A stretch of DNA of 50,928 bases from Planctomycetota bacterium. Lineage in GTDB: Bacteria > Planctomycetota > UBA1135 > UBA2386. Made by a program: the position numbers and the translations under genes. Numbering within the stretch: the stretch's first letter is position 1; each line of letters starts with the position of its first letter. The stretch covers positions 1-50,928 of the forward strand of contig JAYYEE010000118.1 in the NCBI GenBank assembly GCA_036160175.1, written 5' to 3'. Positions 44,027 to 50,928 of the stretch are shown here, in pieces. Under the pieces are notes generated by a model. That model made no database searches and had not been told where the DNA came from. It saw only the letters and a list, made by a program, of their open reading frames with translations.

Positions 44027-44328
44027 GCCCATCCGAACGTGAATTGATCGGTCACGCGATCGCCAGGATGCGCTCGCGCATCATGGCGACGACCTGCGCG
44101 ATCCTCGGCGGTTCGATCTTGTGGATCGCCACCATGCTGCACCTCGGGCGCGAGCAGGCGCCGGGGTCGATGGACATCGCGCTGCTCGCGAATTACCTGC
44201 CCGGATACTCGGTCAGCTGGGGGGGCGCTCTGTTGGGCCTCATCTACGGCGCCGTCTTGGGCGCGCTCGTCGGCGGCGTGTTCGCGTGGGCCTACAACCG
44301 GCTCTCGCCCAGAGAACCGCTGGCGTGA
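44023..44328 (+). CDS. Small two-TM membrane protein (YLPGYSVSW module, free-standing copy 1)
   Basis: ATGA overlap with the oxidoreductase stop. 101 aa. ...ILWIATMLHLGREQAPGSMDIALLANYLPGYSVSWGGALLGLIYGAVLGALVGG. Confidence 0.7.
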   Translation: MSPSERELIGHAIARMRSRIMATTCAILGGSILWIATMLHLGREQAPGSMDIALLANYLPGYSVSWGGALLGLIYGAVLGALVGGVFAWAYNRLSPREPLA

Positions 44329-44398
44329 GGCGCATGTCGACGAGCTCGAGTCGACGCGGCCGTCGGCTGGGTCCGCTGTCGGCGTCAGGGGCCGTCAG

Positions 44399-45319
44399 AT
44401 GAGCCGCGGCCTGTCGGTCGTGATCCCCACGCATCGGCGACCCGAGCGGCTCGCTGGGTGCCTCGCGGCGCTCGCGGCCTCGGAGTATCCGCACGGCCCG
44501 CTTGAGGTCGTGGTCGTAGAGGATGGAGGACCGACGAAGGAGCTCGACGCGCTGCGTGGACGGACCTTCGACTCGTTAGAGCTGGTGTGGCTGGATCAAC
44601 CCCACAGCGGCCCGGCCGTCGCGCGGAACCTAGGCGCGCAGCGCGCGACCAGAGACCTGATCGCGTTCACGGACGACGATTGCAGGCCGCGGCCCGACTG
44701 GGCGCGCCGCCTCGACGCGGCCCTCAGAGCGTCGCCAGGCGCGGTCGTCGGCGGCCGCACCGTCAACGCGCTCGCCGAGAACCTCTGGTCTAGCGCGAGC
44801 CAGGCCCTCGTCACCTACATCACCGCGCGCGGCCAGGAGGCCGGCGGGGAGCCGTTCTTCGCGTCGAACAACTTCGCGCTCGAGCGCGACGTCTTCTGCC
44901 GTCTTGAGGGCTTCGACGAGGGGTTCCCGCTAGCTGGCGGCGAAGACCGGGACATGTGTCGGCGGCTGGTGGAGGACGGCCGCGATCTCGTCTGGGTGCC
45001 GGACGCGGTCGTCGACCATTACCACGACCTGAGCGCGAAGCGGTTCTGGCAACAGCACTTTCGCTACGGCCGGGGCGCGTATCAGTATCACTGCGCGCAG
45101 GGCCTGCGCGCGGACCCGACCGACCAGAACCCGAGCCGCGGCGTCTGGAACATGCGCGCGAAGTTCTACCTGGACCTCGTGCGCTCGCCATTTCGGTACC
45201 GCGACGCGCCGCAGCGGCTGCGGATCGCGGCCCTGTTGCTGTTCTCACAGCTGCCGAACGCGCTGGGTTTCTTCGCCGAGCGTCGCCGCGACCGCGAGTC
45301 ACGCGGCGACCACGCGTAG
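44399..45319 (+). CDS. Glycosyltransferase family 2 (soluble type)
   Basis: LSVVIPTHRRPERLAGCLAALAAS...VVVVEDGG...ARNLGAQRATRDLIAFTDDDC...GGEDRD: the GT-A fold with DxD (DDD) and ED motifs. Confidence 0.85.
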   Translation: MSRGLSVVIPTHRRPERLAGCLAALAASEYPHGPLEVVVVEDGGPTKELDALRGRTFDSLELVWLDQPHSGPAVARNLGAQRATRDLIAFTDDDCRPRPDWARRLDAALRASPGAVVGGRTVNALAENLWSSASQALVTYITARGQEAGGEPFFASNNFALERDVFCRLEGFDEGFPLAGGEDRDMCRRLVEDGRDLVWVPDAVVDHYHDLSAKRFWQQHFRYGRGAYQYHCAQGLRADPTDQNPSRGVWNMRAKFYLDLVRSPFRYRDAPQRLRIAALLLFSQLPNALGFFAERRRDRESRGDHA

Positions 45320-45322
45320 CCC

Positions 45323-46840
45323 TCAGCGGCTTCGATGAAGCAGGCGACGGAGCGAGGCGCGGTCTTCAGGTCCGAGCCCGAAGATGGCGTAGAGGGCTAG
45401 CCAGCCCGCCGCGAGCGCCAGGAGCGCGCCGACCCATCCCAGGATCCCGCCGAGCGCGTCGTGGATCGGCTGCGCGAACGCACAGATCGCGCCTGCCGCG
45501 AGCAGCGCGACGCCGCTGTCGAGCGACCAAGGGTGGATCCCGAACGACCACCAGACCTGGGCGGCTTGCGCGAGCCGCACCGCGGTGAGCGCGGCCATCG
45601 TCGCGCACGCCGCGCCATACGCGCCGTGCTCGGGGATCCAGAGCAGGCTGAGCGCGGTGTTGAGGCTGAGCATCACGATCACGTTGATCATGTTCTGGCG
45701 GACGCGCCCCATCGCGATCAGCGCCTTGCCGCACGACCCAGTCATGGCTGTAGACGCGTGTCCAAGCGCGAGCATCGCGAGCGTCGGGCCACCTGCCGTG
45801 AACTCTGGCCCGAACAACCCGAGGATCTCGCCCCCCCAAACAACGAACATGAGCGCGGCGCCGGTCGCGGACCAAATCGACCACCGCCCAGTCCGCTTGT
45901 ACAAGGCGCTGAGCCCCTCCATGTCGCCTGCGACGAAGCGCTCGCTGGCGTGAGCGTAGAAGAGCTGGGCGGCGCTTTGATGAACGATGAAGACGACCGG
46001 GAGCATGCGGGCCGCCGCGCCGTAGACGCCGACTTCGAACGGCTCGTTGAGCACGCCGAGCAGCACGATGTTGACGCTTGAGAGCGCGAACGCGACCAGG
46101 GCGGAGCCGAGCAGCGGCCAGCAGGTGCGGATCAGCGGCCACGCCGGCAACGGCGCCGTCGGGGCCCCCGCGCTGAGCGCCCCTGGGACGCGGGCGTTCA
46201 CGAAGCCGACGCTGCATGCGAGTCCGGTCGCTGGACCGAGCAACGTCGCGGCGAGGACGCCTGTCAAGCCGAGCTCAAACCACCACGCTGCAGCCAGGCC
46301 GGCGAGCGTCGCGACGACGGTCACGACCTTCTCGATCAACGCGTGGGCGCGCATCGCCTTGAACCCCTGGGCGATCGCCAGGGACCCGAGCATGACGGCC
46401 GTGAGGACGATGATCGGTCCGAACCAGCGCAGGATCGGTTCGAGCGCGGGGTCGTCGTAGACGGCGCGCGCGAGCCATGGCGCGAGCAGCACGACTGCGA
46501 TCGCCGTGATCAAGGAGGCGACGAGCGTGACCACCCAGGTCGCGCGCACGACGGCGCGGAGCCTCGGGGCGTCGTCATCGAGCCGCGCCCGAGCGACCGA
46601 GGGCACGACGCCTGGCACCAAGCCGAGCGTCGCGGTCATGCTGAGCAGCTGCGCGATGGTCTGCGCCTGCACGTAGCTCCCGAACAGCGCGACCCCGAGG
46701 ATGCGCGTCGTCAGCACCGCCGCGACATAGCGGAGCGCCATGCCGGCGACGCTAGCGAGCACCGTGAAGCTGACTTGGCGACCGGCCTCGTCGACCTGGG
46801 GCGGCGCAGCTCCTTCAGACGGTTCTTTGTCGGTCGCCAT
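45323..46840 (-). CDS. Polysaccharide/oligosaccharide flippase (Wzx-like, MOP superfamily)
   Basis: 505 aa, about 12-14 TM helices. The N-terminal pattern ...LRYVAAVLTTRILGVALFGSYVQAQTIAQLL is typical of polysaccharide biosynthesis (Wzx/RfbX) proteins. Confidence 0.75.
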   Translation of the reverse strand: MATDKEPSEGAAPPQVDEAGRQVSFTVLASVAGMALRYVAAVLTTRILGVALFGSYVQAQTIAQLLSMTATLGLVPGVVPSVARARLDDDAPRLRAVVRATWVVTLVASLITAIAVVLLAPWLARAVYDDPALEPILRWFGPIIVLTAVMLGSLAIAQGFKAMRAHALIEKVVTVVATLAGLAAAWWFELGLTGVLAATLLGPATGLACSVGFVNARVPGALSAGAPTAPLPAWPLIRTCWPLLGSALVAFALSSVNIVLLGVLNEPFEVGVYGAAARMLPVVFIVHQSAAQLFYAHASERFVAGDMEGLSALYKRTGRWSIWSATGAALMFVVWGGEILGLFGPEFTAGGPTLAMLALGHASTAMTGSCGKALIAMGRVRQNMINVIVMLSLNTALSLLWIPEHGAYGAACATMAALTAVRLAQAAQVWWSFGIHPWSLDSGVALLAAGAICAFAQPIHDALGGILGWVGALLALAAGWLALYAIFGLGPEDRASLRRLLHRSR

Positions 46841-46884
46841 CGGGGTGCTCCGACCTTATACGATGTGCCGACCCCTCGCGATCG

Positions 46885-48171
46885 ATGCAGCTAGATGACG
46901 AACGTCCGATGAACTCTCCCGCAACACGAGGTCCGCAGCCGCCGGTCAGGTTCGGCGGCGCTCGGTGGCTCAACGTCGCGCTCGCCGCGATGGGCTTCCT
47001 CGCGCTCGTTTGGCTCGGCTACCAGACCTGGCGACTCCTGTTTCAGGCGGCCCCCAAGGGCGCGGTCGACCTCCTCCTGCGCCACGGGGAGTGTCAGGAG
47101 TGGTTCCGCGGCGTCGCAATCTACGAGACGCGGGTCGACGCGGTGTATCCGCCGGCGAGCTACCTCGTGCTGTGGCCGCTGCTCGGCTGGTCGAGCACTG
47201 GGTTCGTGCGCGTCTTTTGGCTGGCGCCGACCATCTTATCGACCGCGTGGCTGTGTGCGTTGGTCGCGCGCCACAGCGGCGCTCTCGACGCGTCTCGGCG
47301 CCGCCTGCTCTGGGTGTTACCGCTCGCGAGTTACCCGATCGGCGCGAGCGTCGGCAACGGCCAGCTGTCGATCCTCGTCGTCGCCTGCGTCGGCGCGGGC
47401 GTGATGCTAGTCGCCGACGCGCCGCGGTCTTGGCGCCGGGACCTGTCGATTGCGGCCTTGATGCTGGTGGCGCTCGTCAAGCCTTCCATGTCGGCGTACT
47501 TCTTCTGGATCCCGCTGCTCATCCCGGGCGGCTTCCGCGCGGCGTGCCTCGTAGTCGCGGGCTACGCGCTGCTGACCGTCGCAGCGTGCGCCGCGCAGCC
47601 ACATGGCCCCGTCGACCTGATCGAGCAGTGGCTGAGCCGGGCCGCCGCGGGCGTACGATATGGCGCCTCCGTCGGCGGCGGCGCGATGCCACTCGCCAAA
47701 GGCTCGAGCATCACCGGGATCAACCTGCACAGCGTCCTGATCGCGCTCGGCCAAGGCGCTTGGATCCGCATGCTGTCGCCGGCGCCGCTACTACTGCTCG
47801 GGGCCTGGGTCTTCATGCGCCGCCGCGCCGACGTGCTGATTTTGCTCGGGGTGGCCGCGATCGTCGCGCGCTTTGCTTCGTATCACGGCTGGTATGACGA
47901 CGTGCTGCTGCTCATGCCGCTCGTCGCGCTGATCCGCTGCGCGCGCGTCGCCGAAGCTCCCCGCGCGCGCGCCGTAGCGGCGTGGCTGGCGTTGGTCGGC
48001 GGGCTCTTCCTGCTGGCGCCGGGTGGGACGCACTTGGGCCGGCTGGGGCTGCCGACCTTGGCTAACGTCTACGTGGTCTCCCAGGCGGTCTTCTGGGTCG
48101 TCGCGATGGTCTTCTTGGCGCGCGCAGCGCGAAGTCCCGTTCCGTTGGCACACGCTGTTGCTTCTGCCTGA
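46885..48171 (+). CDS. Polytopic membrane glycosyltransferase, GT87/DUF2029-like (GT-C fold)
   Basis: About 10 TM helices. The first periplasmic loop DLLLRHGECQEWFRGVAIYETRVDAVYPPASYLVLWPL matches the DUF2029 pattern (D...y.....G..iY......YPP). The start is ATG 46885 or 46909. Confidence 0.6.
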   Translation: MQLDDERPMNSPATRGPQPPVRFGGARWLNVALAAMGFLALVWLGYQTWRLLFQAAPKGAVDLLLRHGECQEWFRGVAIYETRVDAVYPPASYLVLWPLLGWSSTGFVRVFWLAPTILSTAWLCALVARHSGALDASRRRLLWVLPLASYPIGASVGNGQLSILVVACVGAGVMLVADAPRSWRRDLSIAALMLVALVKPSMSAYFFWIPLLIPGGFRAACLVVAGYALLTVAACAAQPHGPVDLIEQWLSRAAAGVRYGASVGGGAMPLAKGSSITGINLHSVLIALGQGAWIRMLSPAPLLLLGAWVFMRRRADVLILLGVAAIVARFASYHGWYDDVLLLMPLVALIRCARVAEAPRARAVAAWLALVGGLFLLAPGGTHLGRLGLPTLANVYVVSQAVFWVVAMVFLARAARSPVPLAHAVASA

Positions 48172-48198
48172 CCCCCCGCCTACGACGAAGCACCAACC

Positions 48199-48495
48199 AT
48201 GACCGAACTACCCGCGCGGCGAAGATACGTTCAACTGCGGACCGGAACGATGGCGTCGTTGTTCGCGGCGTTCGGCGCGTTGGCGCTGTTCGTCGCGACG
48301 AGCGTGCTCTTGCTCCGCGGCGGGCAAGACGTGGGCAAGCACCTGCAGCTGCTGCGCTACTACCTGCCCGGCTACTCGGTCAGCTGGACAGGCGCGCTGC
48401 TGGGCCTCCTCTACGGCGCGCTGCTCGGGGCGCTCATCGGCGCGTCGATCGCGAAGATCTCCAACGCGGTCACCGCGCGCCGGCACCGCTCGTGA
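48199..48495 (+). CDS. Small two-TM membrane protein (YLPGYSVSW module, free-standing copy 2)
   Basis: 98 aa. ...ALALFVATSVLLLRGGQDVGKHLQLLRYYLPGYSVSWTGALLGLLYGALLGALIGAS. The stop overlaps the next gene's GTG. Confidence 0.7.
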   Translation: MTELPARRRYVQLRTGTMASLFAAFGALALFVATSVLLLRGGQDVGKHLQLLRYYLPGYSVSWTGALLGLLYGALLGALIGASIAKISNAVTARRHRS

Positions 48496-49475
48496 GCGTC
48501 ACCGTCAGCGCCGTCGTCCCGGTGTTGGACGGCAAACACCAGCTCGAACGTAGCCTGCCGCCGCTGCTCGCGGCGAAGGACGCTGGTCAGCTGCTGGAGG
48601 TCTTGGTGGCAGACGACGGCTCGGCCGACGGCTCCGGCGACTACGCCCGCGCGCTGGGCGCGACGGTGGTCACGACGGATCGTCGCGCGAGCGGCCCGTC
48701 GCTAGCGCGCAACGTGGCCGCCGCGCAGGCTCGCGGCGACGTGCTGCTGTTCGTCGACGCGGACGTGGTCGTGGACGACGACGCCGTCAGGCGGGTCCGC
48801 GCGACGTTCGATGACCCGGCGGTCGGGTCCGTCTATGGCAGCTACGACGACGCGCCCGACCATCGCGGATACGCGAGCCTCTACATGAACCTGCGCCACC
48901 ACTTCGGTCACCGGGGGCGGCGCGACGACGTAGACACGTTCTGGGCTGGCCTCGGCGCGATCCGGCGCGACGTGTTCGACGAGGTCGGGGGGTACGACGT
49001 CGACGCGTTCCCCTACCCGAGCGTGGAAGACATCGACCTCGGACGTCGCCTCCGGGCGGCGGGCGCGAAGATCCGCCGCGACCCAGAGATTCGGGGCAAG
49101 CACCTCAAGCGTTGGACCTGGTGGCAGGTCATGCACACCGACGTGATGCGCCGGGCGGCGCCGTGGAGCCGCCTGATGCGCCAATACCCGGGCGCGTTCC
49201 GCGACCTGAACGTCTCCCACAAGGAGAAGTTCAAGGCGCTGCTCGCGCTCGCGTTCGTCGTCAGCGGCCCTTTGGCGGCGCTCGGACTCGCGCCGCTTTG
49301 GGCTTGGCTCGTCTGCGCGGCGGGCATCGCGGTCGCCAACGCGGGCCTGATGGGCGTGTTCCTCCGGTGCGGCGGCCCGCTATTCGCGGTCGTCGGCGTG
49401 GTCTTTCACCAACTCCACCTCTGCTATAGCGCGGCCACTTTCGTCGCCTGTCGACTGCTACCGCTGCCGCGGTGA
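48492..49475 (+). CDS. Glycosyltransferase family 2 with two C-terminal TM helices (polyprenyl-phosphate sugar synthase-like, GtrB/DPM1 architecture)
   Basis: VSAVVPVLDGKHQLERSL...VLVADDGSADGS...ARNVAAAQARGDVLLFVDADV (DxD). The C-terminal hydrophobic segments are ALLALAFVVSGPLAALGLAPLWAWLVCAAGIAVA and LFAVVGVVFHQLHLCYSAATFV. Confidence 0.8.
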   Translation: MSVTVSAVVPVLDGKHQLERSLPPLLAAKDAGQLLEVLVADDGSADGSGDYARALGATVVTTDRRASGPSLARNVAAAQARGDVLLFVDADVVVDDDAVRRVRATFDDPAVGSVYGSYDDAPDHRGYASLYMNLRHHFGHRGRRDDVDTFWAGLGAIRRDVFDEVGGYDVDAFPYPSVEDIDLGRRLRAAGAKIRRDPEIRGKHLKRWTWWQVMHTDVMRRAAPWSRLMRQYPGAFRDLNVSHKEKFKALLALAFVVSGPLAALGLAPLWAWLVCAAGIAVANAGLMGVFLRCGGPLFAVVGVVFHQLHLCYSAATFVACRLLPLPR

Positions 49476-49494
49476 GGCCCGGAGGTGGCCGGGG

Positions 49495-50928
49495 TTAGCG
49501 GTTCGGGATCGACGCGAGCGCCCGCTCGATCTGCGCCCGCAGCTGCGGGTTGGCGCGGAGCTTCGGGACGCGCAGCGCCGTGCTGAAAGCCTGGCGCGCC
49601 TCCTGTCGCTGGCCGCGCCCGGCGTAGATGCGTCCGAGCGTCGCCAGCGCCATCGGCTCGCGTTGGCCGGTCGCCCGCACCGTCAGCTTGGCGAGCAGGA
49701 GGCCCTGCTCGCGTTGCGGCGTCGACTGCCCGTTAGACGCTGCTTGGAGCGCCATCCCGCTCAGCCTGCTGAGCCGATCTGGGTCGAGCGCGAGCGCCTT
49801 GCGCAAGTGCTCCTCGGCCTCCTTGTAGAGCTTGAGCGTCGGCGCGAGGCACTTCAGCGCCCACTCCTCCTGGATCGACGGGTTCTTCGGCGCCAGCCTC
49901 ACGGACTTGCGAAATGCCTTTATGGCGCGCTCGCGCAGGTTCATCTTCAGGCACAGTCGACCCATTTGCTGGTGGGCCTTGGGGTCGCGCTTGCGCAGCT
50001 TGAGGCACGCCTCGCAGCGCTCGAGCGCGCCCTGCATGTCGCCGGTCTCAAAGAGCATCTGCGCGAGCTTCCAGCCGGACTCGAAGTCGGGTCGGAGATC
50101 AAACGCGCGCTGGGCGTGGTGCATCGCGCCCTCTTTGTCGCCGGCTTCCAGGTTGGGCTGCACGAGGCAGAGGTGCGCGCGCCAGTTGTCAGGCTGCACG
50201 TCGAGCGTGGACTCCCAAACGCTGAGCTCGCTGCGGAAGTCCCAGTTCCGCGCGATCGAGAGGCCGCTGAGGATGGCGATGACGACGGCGAGGAGTGGCT
50301 TCGTCGAGATCTCTAGACGCGCGCACAGGCGCCGCCCGCCCGCGACGCCGAAGGCGATCACCGCGATGAGGGGCAGGTACATCCGGTACTCGCACATCAG
50401 GTCGTTGATCACGATGAAGCTCGACGTCGGCGCGAGGACGAGGAAGAACGCCGCGCGGGCGACGCCTTGCCAAGAGCGCTTCAGCAGCTGCCGGATGGTG
50501 AACGCCAGCAGCGCGCCGAGCGCGAGCGACGGCAGCGCGACGTCGAGGCCCCCCTCGGCTGGCTGCAGCCCCCAGTCGAAGCAGAGCGGATACGGGGTGA
50601 CCGCGAGGCGGAGGTAGTCGAGCACGACGCCCGGCTGGCTGCTCGCGTACTCCCAGGTCTTGAAGTCGCCGCGGCTCGTCGGTGTGCTCGGCCAGTAGAC
50701 GAAGACGCCGTACAGGAGGACAGCTACGAAGATGCTGTAGAGCGGCAAGCGTGCAAGGAGGGCGCCGCGCAAGGAGCCGCTGATCAGCACCCAGTCGTAG
50801 AGCAGCAGGACCGGGATCACGGTGACCATGGTCTCCTTGGTGCCGAAACCCAGCAGGCAGCACGCGATCGTCAGCAGGGGCCAGCGGCGTTGCTGCGGCG
50901 ACTCGTGCGCGCGCAGCGTGGAGTAGAT
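49495..50928 (-). CDS. TMTC/PMT-like GT-C membrane domain fused to C-terminal TPR repeats (N-terminus beyond the window)
   Basis: The frame stays open to the window edge (IYSTLRAHESPQQRRWPLLTIACCLLGFGTKETMVTVIPVLLL...). TM-rich part with GxxxKE(T) and E(Y)RMYLP motifs typical of DUF1736/PMT_2-type enzymes, then at least 5 TPR units in the last about 240 aa. Confidence 0.75.
   Translation of the reverse strand: MYSTLRAHESPQQRRWPLLTIACCLLGFGTKETMVTVIPVLLLYDWVLISGSLRGALLARLPLYSIFVAVLLYGVFVYWPSTPTSRGDFKTWEYASSQPGVVLDYLRLAVTPYPLCFDWGLQPAEGGLDVALPSLALGALLAFTIRQLLKRSWQGVARAAFFLVLAPTSSFIVINDLMCEYRMYLPLIAVIAFGVAGGRRLCARLEISTKPLLAVVIAILSGLSIARNWDFRSELSVWESTLDVQPDNWRAHLCLVQPNLEAGDKEGAMHHAQRAFDLRPDFESGWKLAQMLFETGDMQGALERCEACLKLRKRDPKAHQQMGRLCLKMNLRERAIKAFRKSVRLAPKNPSIQEEWALKCLAPTLKLYKEAEEHLRKALALDPDRLSRLSGMALQAASNGQSTPQREQGLLLAKLTVRATGQREPMALATLGRIYAGRGQRQEARQAFSTALRVPKLRANPQLRAQIERALASIPNR

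Noticed and set aside
1-50928. Prophage, IS element, integron, tRNA/rRNA genes and toxin-antitoxin pairs.
   Set aside because: Reading all six frames, I saw no integrase, transposase, recombinase, capsid/terminase or small paired TA-like ORFs. I saw no tRNA-like cloverleaf candidates in the few intergenic regions longer than 100 nt. A dedicated tRNAscan/Infernal run would be needed to exclude small RNAs formally.

Overview
High-GC bacterial chromosomal segment (codon third positions are almost all G/C). It is densely coding, with about 44 protein genes. I recognised no rRNA, tRNA, CRISPR array, transposase or integrase.

Left third (1-21.5 kb): the 3' end of a sigma-70 gene, hemW, two exported proteins (one strikingly Met-rich), a solitary HNH endonuclease and a membrane-anchored degenerate cyclophilin-like protein. 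Then parB-parA with a consensus parS inside parB, a metallophosphoesterase, an exported PIG-L-family multidomain protein, a gluzincin lipoprotein, a Bor-like lipoprotein, dapF, a LemA / helical protein / M48-peptidase module, and a HEAT + 6-bladed propeller protein.

Centre (21.7-40.8 kb): a 19-kb, 12-ORF, same-strand, translationally coupled operon that encodes only exported or membrane proteins. These are a TPR+PQQ-like propeller, a prenyltransferase-like toroid, a BatA-type double-TM protein, a vWA membrane protein, a large two-TM protein, coiled-coil proteins, an NPCBM-like protein, and one active plus two catalytically dead HtrA-like protease/PDZ proteins. It looks like a Bat (aerotolerance)-type envelope core with unusual add-ons, and no MoxR AAA+ or DUF58 partner is present in the window. 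This is my best candidate for an undescribed system. Two paralogous lipoproteins of unknown family sit just downstream.

Right end (42.2-50.9 kb): a periplasmic-glycosylation-type cluster with an FAD oxidoreductase, two GT2 enzymes, a Wzx-like flippase, a GT87/DUF2029-like GT-C enzyme and a TMTC-like GT-C + TPR protein. A small conserved two-TM module (YLPGYSVSW motif) occurs three times in it, once fused to the oxidoreductase.

Gene content suggests a Planctomycetota-like or related Gram-negative lineage, but this is inference only. All calls come from reading translations and motifs by eye. Start codons are approximate and no database search was run.
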